64,000 bases of DNA. Origin: Candidatus Latescibacterota bacterium (lineage in GTDB: Bacteria > Latescibacterota > UBA2968 > GCA-2709665). The notes below the pieces were generated by a model, which was not told where the DNA came from, searched no databases, and saw only the letters and a program-made list of their open reading frames with translations. The position numbers and the translations under genes are program-made. Positions 1-9,450 of this stretch are shown piece by piece (positions within the stretch are counted from its first letter, which is position 1; each line of letters starts with the position of its first letter). Location: positions 5,760,001 to 5,824,000 of the forward strand of contig OZ244744.1 of assembly GCA_965219455.1 (NCBI GenBank), in the 5' to 3' direction.

Positions 1-1
1 A

Positions 2-652
2 ATCCTCGGTAAACTGATCTCGGCGCGCTACACGCTTTTGTCCCACGCCTGGGTGACCCTGCAGGAAGCGCTCTGGGGTTTTCTTCTCGGCGCCAGCACG
101 GGCATCGCCGGCGCGATTGTCATGGCTCGTTCTCCCATAATCGAGCGAATGCTCTATCCCATCGTCATCTCTTCCCAAACCTTTCCAAAAGAAGCACTGG
201 CCCCGCTCTTTATCGTCTGGTTCGGCCTCGGGCTGCTCCCGAAGGTGATTATCGCCGCGCTCATTTCTTTTTTTCCTGTCATTATCAACACGACACGCGG
301 CCTGCTTGCCGTGGACCCGCTCATTCTGGATCTGATGCGGGCGCTTTCCGCGGGGCGGCACCAGATTCTAATCAAAGTCCGCCTGCCGAACGCCATTCCT
401 TATCTTTTCGCCGCCCTTAAAATCTGCGTCACCCTGAGTGTTATCGGTGCGGTTGTGGGAGAATTCGTGGGCGCCAGCGCCGGCCTGGGGCACCTCACGC
501 GGCTGGCCAACTCCGAGCTGGCTACGGATCTGATGTTCGCCGCGCTGATTGTGCTTGGCGCGATGGGCACGCTCCTTTTTTTGATTGTGGAAGGCCTGGA
601 AAAACTCCTGCTCAGACGCTGGGGCGATTTCCATGAACCACTCAGGCGATAG
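2..652 (+). CDS. NitT/TauT-family ABC transporter permease (5'-truncated by window edge)
   Basis: Hydrophobic TM segments; QTFPKEALAPLFIVWFG and EAA-like loop MRALSAGRHQILIKVRLPNAIP; GAVVGEFVGASAGLG. Frame is open to the window start. Confidence 0.9.
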   Translation: MLGKLISARYTLLSHAWVTLQEALWGFLLGASTGIAGAIVMARSPIIERMLYPIVISSQTFPKEALAPLFIVWFGLGLLPKVIIAALISFFPVIINTTRGLLAVDPLILDLMRALSAGRHQILIKVRLPNAIPYLFAALKICVTLSVIGAVVGEFVGASAGLGHLTRLANSELATDLMFAALIVLGAMGTLLFLIVEGLEKLLLRRWGDFHEPLRR

Positions 653-674
653 AACAACCCACGGGGGGATTCCA

Positions 675-1646
675 GTGAACCGTCTGGTCTGGCTGCTTTT
701 CGCCTTTCTGACCGCCTGCGGCAAACCACCGGAGACATTACAGCAGATTCAGTTGCTTCTGGACTGGAAAGCACAGATGGAACACGCCGGCTTTTTTGTG
801 GCGAAAGCGAAGGGATATTACCATGCCGAGGGGATCTCGGTTGAGATTCTCGAAGGTACAGGAGCGCCTACGACCGCTCGCCTGGTGGGCAGTGGCAAGT
901 ATCAGCTCGGGATTTCCAGCGGCTCAGCCACGCTGATCGCGCGCGCAAGAGACATCCCCGTGGTCTCCCTCGCCGTGATAAACCAGCATTCGCCGGTTGT
1001 GGTGTACGCGTTGGAAGAGAACGACATCCGAAAACCGGAAGATCTTATCGGCAAACGGGTTGGCGTCAATGTCGGGGGCACCAAACATCGGGAATTCCAG
1101 GCTTTTCTCAAAAAGGTGGGCATCGATGAAGACCGCGTTCGGCTGATGGGAATGACGGAATCCAGCCCCGCCCCCCTGCTTGCCGGAAAAGTCGATGCCA
1201 TGCTGGGTTATACCGAAGACCAGCCGGTAACCGTAGAACTCCGGGGTCGGGAGGTAACCCGTATTTCGTTTGCCCAATACGGTATCGACCTGTACAGCAC
1301 CAACGTCATTGCCAATGCCGACTATCTGAAAAAGAACCCGGACGTCGTGCGCAAATTCGTCCGCGCCAGTATGAAGGGCTGGCGCTACGCCGTCGATCAC
1401 CCGGAAGATGCCGTTGCCGCATATACGGCCTACCGCCCGGAAAGCAATGCCGAATTCAATCGGGCCAATTTCGAACAGCTCGTCCCCATATTGATGAGCC
1501 CGGACGTTGAACGCCTCGGGTTGGGTGCGCAAACCACCGAACGGTGGTCGCACACACAGGACATTCTGTTCGATCTGGGTCTGATCGACAGAAAGATCGA
1601 AGTTTCCCGGCTGTTCGTTGCCGACCTGCTGCCGCCGGTTCCCTGA
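675..1646 (+). CDS. NMT1/THI5-like ABC substrate-binding lipoprotein
   Basis: LDWKAQMEHAGFFVAKAKGYY motif; lipobox LTAC after a GTG start at 675 with a GGGGG RBS (ATG at 633 is an alternative). Confidence 0.88.
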   Translation: MNRLVWLLFAFLTACGKPPETLQQIQLLLDWKAQMEHAGFFVAKAKGYYHAEGISVEILEGTGAPTTARLVGSGKYQLGISSGSATLIARARDIPVVSLAVINQHSPVVVYALEENDIRKPEDLIGKRVGVNVGGTKHREFQAFLKKVGIDEDRVRLMGMTESSPAPLLAGKVDAMLGYTEDQPVTVELRGREVTRISFAQYGIDLYSTNVIANADYLKKNPDVVRKFVRASMKGWRYAVDHPEDAVAAYTAYRPESNAEFNRANFEQLVPILMSPDVERLGLGAQTTERWSHTQDILFDLGLIDRKIEVSRLFVADLLPPVP

Positions 1647-1734
1647 TCGTGGCACTTCGGTCTTCCTGGCGGAACCGCGTAATCTCCCAACACAGGTAGT
1701 CTGTGGCGACGCCCTATCCCGGCGGCCAGGCGAA

Positions 1735-2493
1735 TCACGTGTCCCGTCCCGCCAGCAGAGTCCTGAGGTGCGCCACCATCTCCACGAAACTCGGCTGGAC
1801 CAGCAATTCCACGTTTCTCGGTCTCGGAAAATCCACCTCGACGTTGCCCACCAGGCGGCCCGGACGAGCCGACATCACGACGACCCGGTCCGAAAGCAGA
1901 ATGGCCTCCGGGATGCTGTGGGTAATAAAAAGGACCGCGGGCTTTGTAACCCGCCATATTCGCAGCAACTCCAGCTGCATTCTCTCCCTTGTAATTTCGT
2001 CCAGAGCGCCGAACGGTTCGTCCATCAGCAATACGGCGGGGCGGTACGTCAGCGCCCGGGCGATGGCCACCCGTGACTGCATGCCACCCGAAAGCTGCCT
2101 CGGATAGGACTGCTCGAACCCCTGCAGCCCCACGGCCCGAATCATCTCCCCGGTCTGCGCTCCCACCTCAATATCGTTAAAGATCTCTCCAGGCAGACGC
2201 ACATTTTCCTCCACCGTGCGCCAGCCCATCAGGGCGGGACTCTGAAAGACCACGCCAATCTCCCGTGCTCGTCTCGCGTCCGCCGGCAGCTTTCCGTTCA
2301 CCCGAACCATACCCGACGTCGGCACCTCCAGGTCGCCGACGATGCGCATCAGGCTGGTCTTTCCGCAACCGGAGGGCCCGACAACACTCACGAAAGCGCC
2401 CTGCTGAACCTGCAAATTCACGCCTTTCAACGCCGCCACCCGCCCGGAATCGCTCTCAAACACCTTGCTCACGCCACAGACGTCAATGGCCAC
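1735..2493 (-). CDS. NitT/TauT-family ABC transporter ATP-binding protein
   Basis: Walker A GPSGCGKT, signature LSGGMQ, Walker B LLMDEPFGALD, H-loop FITH. Confidence 0.93.
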   Translation of the reverse strand: MAIDVCGVSKVFESDSGRVAALKGVNLQVQQGAFVSVVGPSGCGKTSLMRIVGDLEVPTSGMVRVNGKLPADARRAREIGVVFQSPALMGWRTVEENVRLPGEIFNDIEVGAQTGEMIRAVGLQGFEQSYPRQLSGGMQSRVAIARALTYRPAVLLMDEPFGALDEITRERMQLELLRIWRVTKPAVLFITHSIPEAILLSDRVVVMSARPGRLVGNVEVDFPRPRNVELLVQPSFVEMVAHLRTLLAGRDT

Positions 2494-2503
2494 GTCATGT
2501 TGG

Positions 2504-4501
2504 CTAGTATCCGTGAATATAGTGACCGCCTTCGGGAAACCAGATCAGATCCACCAAAAAAGAACATCCCACTGCAAATACATACCCCACAATCAACCCG
2601 TAGCAGCACGGTTTTACGCGACGGTACAGGGAGATGCCGCCAAACCTGAGAACCATCAATTTGGCCAGCCACACCAGGAAGATATCCAACACATAGAGGC
2701 TAACGTAGCCGCTCGACATCAGCATGACGCCCAGAGGATGAAGCGGCCACCAGGAGAATCGGCTCTGCATCAACTGTATTGCGCCCGCGGTCAGGCCCCC
2801 GAGGATCCACACGCCGATCTTTCCCGGATCGGTTACTTCGGGGTCGGTGTCGGCAACCGCCTTTGCGATTCCCTCGTACATCCCCCGCGGCGCGCCCACC
2901 AGAGACCACGTACGGAACGTGCTGCCTCCCTCCTCGTAACAGATTGAAACCGTGTAAATGATCGCCGCCAGCATGCCGACCACGAGGCTGCCGGCCACCA
3001 CCCATCCCGTACGACCCGACCGCCCGAGCAGACGTTCAACGTGAGGTAGCGCCGCCGGCAACCGCCAACCCGCCAGGAGTCGCCAGTTCACCAGGCGAAG
3101 CCCCACCAGGGTGGATTCATTCATGCGGTTTGCGCCCACGGTCATATTCAGGATGGAAGTTCCGAAACTGGGAAACAGATACGCAAACCCGCTCGCGGCC
3201 AGAAACTTCATCACCACCAGGATACTCGCCCAGAACAACAGTAACCACGACAGGCCGATTGTCACGCTGTAGCCCGCCCTGTTCAACCAGAAAATCATAT
3301 AGATGCCGCCGGCCAGAATCGAAATCAGAGCCAGCCGGGGACGGAGAATGGCGGTTTCCGCCTCTTCGTCATTGCGCGGGCGTACCACCTGCCGAAAGAC
3401 TTTTTTCAGGTGACCGCGGGCGGCCCACAGGGTCCATACCACGAGTCCCATGCTGACGCCGTGGGTGAACAGACCCAGAATTGCCGACGGTTTGGCCTCC
3501 TGCCCCACCAGGCCGACCGAAAACCCGACCCTGGACATTGCGTACAGGCCCAGTTGACCGGAGAGCCACAACGACCATATGCTGAACAGGATATTCAGAT
3601 CGCACAAGAACGTAAAGCCCAGGACGGTGGGTAACATACGGTAGGAAAACGGCTGCAAATAACGCGACAGTTCCGCACCCCTGGGCCCGGTCGGACCATA
3701 ATATGCGTCGAAAATCGCCAGGCGGGGAAAACCGGGCGTCCAGTATTCAATCAGGTTCCACAGCAGGGGAACCGCCGACACCGCAAAACCCGCCCAGAAC
3801 AACCACTGGCGTGCAAACGGCGGCCAACCTCGCTTGCGGTCGAAACCTTCCGTCAAGTCGATCGGCACCTGCGCCAGTGGATAGGTGAGGCGTTCGTGCC
3901 GCACCCACTGCTTCTGGAATACCGCCGTCACCCCCACGCCGATCGCCGTCATCGCCACGCCGGCGGACATCGCCCAGAAAACGGGTCCAAGCCATGCCCC
4001 CCAGGGCACCCCGGCGCCTCTCTCGATCCCAAGGAAAAACCCCTCGGTCACCCCCGGAAAATCTGCCGGAAACATCCACCACGGCAAATGGTCGAAAATC
4101 AACTCCTGCCACCGGTTTTCGGGCGAGGCGTAATACCTGGGCGCCGCCATGGCGCCCACCCACTGTGTAATCCAGTTGTAACCCGCAAACGATCCACCCA
4201 CCCAGAGCATACTCAAGGCCAGCCGCAACTCTGCCGAAGTCAGGGACAGCCGGGGAACAAACCGCTTTAATAAGGCGTTTACCATTAACCATGCGACGAA
4301 GGGCAACAACACCGCCAGGGGAAGGTTCGCCATGGCCATATGCGCGGAGCGGGATCTGAACTCCAAGAATGTAGCAGCGACACACGCAAAAACCAGCATG
4401 GCAACCGAAAGCGCGACAACGGTTCGGCGAAGTCCTTCGTCGGCCGACACGTGCGAATCTCCCGGGTGCGGGACTCGATTCTGGAAGTCGGGCTGGCTCA
4501 T
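2504..4501 (-). CDS. Multi-pass membrane protein, DUF6785/DUF6784-like (paralog 1)
   Basis: ~665 aa, many TM helices; YYASPENRW, QWVRHERLTYP, WWPLHPLG motifs shared with 24886-28992. Start moved to ATG 4501 (GAGGT RBS). Confidence 0.75.
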   Translation of the reverse strand: MSQPDFQNRVPHPGDSHVSADEGLRRTVVALSVAMLVFACVAATFLEFRSRSAHMAMANLPLAVLLPFVAWLMVNALLKRFVPRLSLTSAELRLALSMLWVGGSFAGYNWITQWVGAMAAPRYYASPENRWQELIFDHLPWWMFPADFPGVTEGFFLGIERGAGVPWGAWLGPVFWAMSAGVAMTAIGVGVTAVFQKQWVRHERLTYPLAQVPIDLTEGFDRKRGWPPFARQWLFWAGFAVSAVPLLWNLIEYWTPGFPRLAIFDAYYGPTGPRGAELSRYLQPFSYRMLPTVLGFTFLCDLNILFSIWSLWLSGQLGLYAMSRVGFSVGLVGQEAKPSAILGLFTHGVSMGLVVWTLWAARGHLKKVFRQVVRPRNDEEAETAILRPRLALISILAGGIYMIFWLNRAGYSVTIGLSWLLLFWASILVVMKFLAASGFAYLFPSFGTSILNMTVGANRMNESTLVGLRLVNWRLLAGWRLPAALPHVERLLGRSGRTGWVVAGSLVVGMLAAIIYTVSICYEEGGSTFRTWSLVGAPRGMYEGIAKAVADTDPEVTDPGKIGVWILGGLTAGAIQLMQSRFSWWPLHPLGVMLMSSGYVSLYVLDIFLVWLAKLMVLRFGGISLYRRVKPCCYGLIVGYVFAVGCSFLVDLIWFPEGGHYIHGY

Positions 4502-4673
4502 CAGATCCGGGACCTCATAGACATATACAACCCAATGAGAACACACACGTCAACGTGTGAGTTGGAGCGCATTCAATCCGGCGCGGTCGCAGACTGAAGT
4601 GGCAGACGACATGGGTCGGTAACCCCGGCTGCCGTGTGGCGACACTGTCGGAATGTCGTCGGTAAAAATCGCA

Positions 4674-4709
4674 CAAAAAACAGAGGCCGCCCCTCCAGGA
4701 TTCAGCCTC
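4674..4709 (-). terminator. Probable intrinsic terminator after the kelch gene
   Basis: Minus strand GAGGCT...GGCCTC stem followed by TGTTTTTT, ~30 bp after the stop at 4741. Confidence 0.5.
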
Positions 4710-4740
4710 GGTTAACCTTTATCCGCCAAACTTGGAATAC

Positions 4741-5880
4741 TTAAGGATTGTACACCAACGCATTCTCGAGATATGAAAACTCCTCGTCCACGCCCCCGGC
4801 CACCAGCACCCGGCCATCGTTCAACAGGGTGGCGGTGGCGCCGCTTCGAACCCTGCCCGCGTCTCCGCCCACAAACTGAAACCCCCGTGTACCGGGATCG
4901 TAAATCTCGGCATCGGCGGCCGCGCCGCCCACAATGAGCACCTTACCATCGCTCAGCCGCGTGGCTACATGTCCAAACCTTGGGGTTTGCATAAATCCCT
5001 CCTCCCGGAACGACGGGAATTCGGGATCGAAAATCTCGGCGCTGCTCACCGGGGTGAACACCTGTGAAACGATCTCGGCGCTGCCGCCGGCCAGCAACAC
5101 ACGTCCATCGGCCAGCAACGTCGCCGTATGCCCGAATCTGACGACCTGCAGGCTGGCGCTGCCCGGCGACGTAAGTGCGTCGGTTGCCGGATTGAATCGC
5201 TCGGCAAGTCCCCGGGCGCCGCCCGCGACGAGCACGTCTCCGTTGCCCAGCAGCGTCGCGGTCTGTTGCACGCGCCTTGTGCCCACAGTGACCCTCTTTA
5301 CAATTTCGTCTTCTTCAGGGTCGTAAATTTCCGCCGCGAAACTCAAATCGCCCAACAGCAGCACCCTGCCATCCTGTAGCGTCGTCGCTGTTCGCAGGCG
5401 CTGAATTCTGCTTATTGCCCCGCTTCCGACAAAGGAATCGGAATCGGGATCGTACAGGAGGAACGGTTGCTGGCCTCCTCCAGCAATAAAAACCTTGCCG
5501 CTTTTCAATAAGGCGGCCACGTGCCCGCTCCGTCCTTCGGGCAGGCTCTCGATAAGCCGAAACCGTCCCGTGACCGGATCGAAGACCTCCGCACTGGTCA
5601 GCGGTTCTTCAACACCCGCGGATACCACGTGTATCCCTCCGGTAATCAACACGGTGCCGTCGGAAAGTCGGGTGGCCGTGTGATCCCTCCTGGGTTCAAC
5701 CATGGGCCCGACCACGCCAAACGACCTGGGCGTTACACCCCCCAGGGGTGAACCTGCTTCGTCGACCCCGCACGCGCACAGAGTCAGCCCTGCGAGGCCG
5801 GGCCATACGCCGCACAGAACCCGGCGGATCCCAGCCGTCAGTCGTGTGAATCGCGCGCCAACAGGGCTCCATGAGATCAT
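4741..5880 (-). CDS. Kelch-repeat (galactose-oxidase-like beta-propeller) lipoprotein
   Basis: About 7 repeats of RxxHTATxLxDGxVLxxGG...EIYDP; lipobox-like LCACG. Confidence 0.88.
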   Translation of the reverse strand: MISWSPVGARFTRLTAGIRRVLCGVWPGLAGLTLCACGVDEAGSPLGGVTPRSFGVVGPMVEPRRDHTATRLSDGTVLITGGIHVVSAGVEEPLTSAEVFDPVTGRFRLIESLPEGRSGHVAALLKSGKVFIAGGGQQPFLLYDPDSDSFVGSGAISRIQRLRTATTLQDGRVLLLGDLSFAAEIYDPEEDEIVKRVTVGTRRVQQTATLLGNGDVLVAGGARGLAERFNPATDALTSPGSASLQVVRFGHTATLLADGRVLLAGGSAEIVSQVFTPVSSAEIFDPEFPSFREEGFMQTPRFGHVATRLSDGKVLIVGGAAADAEIYDPGTRGFQFVGGDAGRVRSGATATLLNDGRVLVAGGVDEEFSYLENALVYNP

Positions 5881-5896
5881 TGTTTCGTGTCGCTTT

Positions 5897-6820
5897 CTAT
5901 TCCACCGCCCCGTAATGCGGGCCCCAGTCTGCGGCTACCTGCCGCCCAATGCGCTCCGCCGCGAAGCTATCCACCGCATCCAGCGGTGTAATCTGGCGCG
6001 CCCATTCCACGTTCTGTGTCAGTTCAGCCTCGGTGTATACCCCCACAACCGCCGTGCCGACCCCGGGCAGCCCCAGCGCGTACCGGAGCGCCGGTTCATG
6101 ATCGTGCGGCCCGTGCGCGGCCAGAGCCGAAAGCGTCGGCTTGTCGTAATTCATCCCCAACGCCCCCCCGTAGACCTTCATGGCCGCCACCCCGACGTTC
6201 TGTTCACAGGCGATAGGCAGCACTTCGTTCTCGAAGTTGTACGTATATCGGTCGGCAATGTTCATGGCAAGCATCACCACGTCGATATCCGCTTCCCTCA
6301 ATACCCGGACGGTGCGCCACGGTGCGTTGTGCGCCGTGGCTCCGATAAACCGGGTCCATCCTCGCCGCCGCGCCTCACGCAGCCCCTCGATCGCGCCATC
6401 GGGTGCCAACACGCGGTCCACGTCCCGATTGCCCATCGAATGCACGTAAACCAGGTCGACCTGGTCGGTCTGCAGGTCTTTCAGACCCTTCTCCAACATC
6501 GACAGCGCCTGCGCCGCGTCGTCGGTCGGCGTCTTGGTGACGAGGAAGACTTCATCCCTGCGGTCAGCCATGACCTGCCCCAGCTGGAGATGCGCGCGAC
6601 CATACCCGGGCGCCGTATCGATAAATGTCACGCCGAGATCGATGGCTCTATGGCACAGCGAAATAGCGGCATCGTCGTCCATGCCGATCCCGCCCGGGGC
6701 CGAGCCGTAGCCAAGAACGGGAACACGCACACCTGTTTTGCCCAGCACCCTTTGGGGTAACGGCAATGCTTCATTCTTCGTCACCTGTGCAACCAGACCA
6801 CTCTCGATAGACTCCGACAT
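5897..6820 (-). CDS. Aldo/keto reductase
   Basis: RVLGKTGVRVPVLGYG, FIDTAPGYG, LVTKT, DLVYVH, AAMKVYGG; ATG 6820 with GGAGA RBS. Confidence 0.9.
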   Translation of the reverse strand: MSESIESGLVAQVTKNEALPLPQRVLGKTGVRVPVLGYGSAPGGIGMDDDAAISLCHRAIDLGVTFIDTAPGYGRAHLQLGQVMADRRDEVFLVTKTPTDDAAQALSMLEKGLKDLQTDQVDLVYVHSMGNRDVDRVLAPDGAIEGLREARRRGWTRFIGATAHNAPWRTVRVLREADIDVVMLAMNIADRYTYNFENEVLPIACEQNVGVAAMKVYGGALGMNYDKPTLSALAAHGPHDHEPALRYALGLPGVGTAVVGVYTEAELTQNVEWARQITPLDAVDSFAAERIGRQVAADWGPHYGAVE

Positions 6821-6938
6821 GGCATTCTCCCGGATGTATGGTTCCCCGACGGCCCGTTTTCCGCACACCTCCAATATGGCATCAAGGTGCTCGATCTGTC
6901 AACGATTGATCCCGCGGGCGGTTTCCCATCCGCGCCCT

Positions 6939-7274
6939 TCAACCCTGCCGTTCCTCGCCCATGTTTCGCAAGGAATCGTACGTATAGATTCCGGTATCGT
7001 GGCCGTCACCCCAGCTGATCTGTATCGCGTACCGGCCCACCGGAATCACATCCGTCACCTCGGCCGATGCATCGCGCTCCTGGGCCGTCAACATGTGCAG
7101 ACCCTGATCCCGGACCTGATGTTCGCGCTGGTCCGAACACAGCGCGCACGGGCACCAGCGCCGCAACTCGGAAAGCGGAAGACGGTCAACGCGGCCGCCG
7201 CGCCACTCAATTTCCATCTCGCCGTTGTCCCGCCGCACGTCGATCCGGACGGGAGTGCCCGTTCTACTGTTCAT
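6939..7274 (-). CDS. DUF971 / gamma-butyrobetaine hydroxylase N-terminal-like small metal-binding protein
   Basis: LRRWCPCALC ... VGRYAIQISWGDGHDTGIYTYDSL motif. Confidence 0.88.
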   Translation of the reverse strand: MNSRTGTPVRIDVRRDNGEMEIEWRGGRVDRLPLSELRRWCPCALCSDQREHQVRDQGLHMLTAQERDASAEVTDVIPVGRYAIQISWGDGHDTGIYTYDSLRNMGEERQG

Positions 7275-7335
7275 ATCATAACGTCCATAGCCCACCGTGT
7301 TGTCGTGGATGCGCACCGCGTTTTCAAGTTTGCGC

Positions 7336-7363
7336 TTGACATTTCGTACGTCTGGACTAACTT
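7336..7363 (+). promoter_or_regulatory. Putative sigma70 promoter for the tonB leader
   Basis: TTGACA (7336-7341), 16-nt spacer, TAACTT (7358-7363). Confidence 0.45.
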
Positions 7364-7373
7364 AGTGATTTGT

Positions 7374-7581
7374 GGCGGTCATGCACGTCTGCGTGACCGC
7401 TGTGCGACGAATATTCGCGAGCGAAGATTCATGTCGTCTCAGCATCTGCCGGGCCGGGCTGAGGAGAGCCGTCGGCCCGGAACCTTTTCCCGACTTGAGG
7501 GTATAAGTGGAAGAGAGACGAAACCGGCCGCGGGGCGAACGCCGTTGATCACAGGCATGAAAGTCCTGCTCTCCAGGACTT
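7374..7581 (+). ncRNA. Candidate structured leader RNA / ncRNA of unknown family
   Basis: At least 6 nested complementary stems with G-U pairs on the + strand (see findings); no known riboswitch consensus recognised. Confidence 0.4.
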
Positions 7582-7657
7582 GATCCGGAACGAAGAGCGA
7601 ATCCATTCCAGGCGCCAGCATTATTGAATTCTACACATGACCTCACCGAATTGAACA

Positions 7658-8416
7658 ATGAATATCGTTCACCATCGCTTCAGTCACTCGCTCCTGGCAC
7701 AGTTGGCACGGTTTCGTGAGCGCCAGGGGAGATTTGTGCGTCTTCTACAGGATCATCCAACGGGTGTTCGCGTTTCGGTTCGCTCCAAAAACCCCGATAT
7801 AGACCTCAAACTCGACTATCGGGATCGCTTTCTCAAATCGGTGGGCGTATCCTTTCTTTTCATCCTGCTCGCCGTACTCATCTACCCCGAGCATGTCCCT
7901 ACCGTGGTTTTGAACGACCCCCAGATCGATGTCGTCCAGTGGGCGCAAATTCCCGAGACATCCCAGGCCCATCGTCCGCCCCCACCGCCTCGTCCGAGTG
8001 TTCCGATCGAGGTTGAAGGGGAGGAAGTCCCTGAAGACATTACGATCGAAACCACCGAACTGGATCTCGACGCACTCCCGCTGGATCTTCGCCTGAGGGG
8101 CCCGATAGCGACAGGCCCGCCGTCCGACGCTCCGATGGACGTGTTCGACATCGAGTACAAGCCGCATCCTATCCGCATCGTTGCGCCAGAATATCCGCCT
8201 GACGCTCACAGGAAAAAGCTGGAAGGAGAGGTTAAAGTTCGCGTCCTGGTGGACAAAAGGGGCCGCGTCGAAAAAGCGGAGGTCATCAGCGGTCCGGAGA
8301 TCTTTCGACGCTACGCCATCGACGCCGCACGGCAATTCCGCTTCCGCCCCGGTAAGCACGAAGGCCAAAAACGCAAGGTCTGGATGATAATGCCGATCAC
8401 TTTTTCGCTCAAATAA
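7658..8416 (+). CDS. tonB: Energy transducer TonB-family protein
   Basis: N-terminal TM anchor, PPPPPRPSVPIEV linker, C-terminal PEYPPDA...EGEVKVRVLVDKRGRV...FRFRPG. Exact start uncertain. Confidence 0.88.
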   Translation: MNIVHHRFSHSLLAQLARFRERQGRFVRLLQDHPTGVRVSVRSKNPDIDLKLDYRDRFLKSVGVSFLFILLAVLIYPEHVPTVVLNDPQIDVVQWAQIPETSQAHRPPPPPRPSVPIEVEGEEVPEDITIETTELDLDALPLDLRLRGPIATGPPSDAPMDVFDIEYKPHPIRIVAPEYPPDAHRKKLEGEVKVRVLVDKRGRVEKAEVISGPEIFRRYAIDAARQFRFRPGKHEGQKRKVWMIMPITFSLK

Positions 8417-8555
8417 CCCCTATTTCCCATCGTTCCGTTCATTCCAATACGACATCCCCCCGATTCGCCACACCCGTGTCTGCCGAACTCCCGCAATACG
8501 TTGTTCCAATAAACGACGCCCTCGGAAGATCCTGGAATTCCTGCTCCCGAATCGT

Positions 8556-9257
8556 TCACCGTCCGAGTCGATGTCTCAGGACAAGCTCCTGAAGCAGAAT
8601 TCCATATTGTTCGCGCAATCTGGGGTTCAGCCTGAATGCGGTCTCGAAGGCCTGCCGGGCATCCTCAAAAAAGCCCTGAGCCGTCAGAACACGTCCCATC
8701 AGCACGTAATTCGGGGCGTATCCGGGCGCGAGTTCGGTGGACTTCGCGATCATATTCATGGCATCCTGAAGCTGGCGCCGCTGCAAAAGGATCCATCCCA
8801 TGCCCTGATACGCCTGAATCATTTCGGCGTCTTTCTCCAGCGCTTCCGTATACGCCATAAGGGATCGGTCCAAGTCTCCCAGCTTCTCGTGCAAGAAACC
8901 AAGGGCGACCCTGGCGCCCGCATCCGCGGAATCCAGCACGGCAATCCGCTCGCAAACAGGAACGGCCGGCGCGTAGGCTTCCTGGCGAAGATAAGCGCTC
9001 GCGAGCATTCGCAGCGCGTCGACGTTTGCAGAGTCTTCCAGGGTAAGCGCCTGAAGTTCCGTTGCCGCCAACGGATAGTCTCCCGCTTCCATTGCAGCCA
9101 CGGCCACAAGCAATTCCGGAGCCAACTGTACATTAAGCGAATCCGCGGCAACATTCAGACTGTCTTCAAATACCGGCGCCATCGGATCCGGCTCCCGGGC
9201 CTGGGCGTGCGCCGACAGGCAAAACACGACGGCCGCAACCCCCAACATCCGCTTCAA
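8556..9257 (-). CDS. Secreted tetratricopeptide-repeat protein
   Basis: Signal peptide ending AHAQA; TPR-like helices (ALGFLHEKLGDLDRSLMAYTEALEKD; LMGRVLTAQGFFEDARQAFETAFRLNP). Confidence 0.82.
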   Translation of the reverse strand: MKRMLGVAAVVFCLSAHAQAREPDPMAPVFEDSLNVAADSLNVQLAPELLVAVAAMEAGDYPLAATELQALTLEDSANVDALRMLASAYLRQEAYAPAVPVCERIAVLDSADAGARVALGFLHEKLGDLDRSLMAYTEALEKDAEMIQAYQGMGWILLQRRQLQDAMNMIAKSTELAPGYAPNYVLMGRVLTAQGFFEDARQAFETAFRLNPRLREQYGILLQELVLRHRLGR

Positions 9258-9450
9258 CGTTGCTCTCCTTCCGCGTCACCGCGCCATCATGTGAGTCGGC
9301 GGCTCCTCTTGTGGAAATCACCTGTCAAATTAGAGGTGGAAGGCATCCTTACCTCCCCCTTTTTTTTGTTTGACATGAGAAAATCGAATTCGTATTTCAT
9401 GCCTCAAATCCGCATTCCGTTCCAAGCTCCATTTCAAGCGAGGTACAACT

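Noticed and set aside
7459-7525. CTGAGGA ... CGAAAC resembling a hammerhead ribozyme core
   Set aside because: Stems I, II and III cannot be formed in the required register, and no correctly placed NUH cleavage triplet was found.
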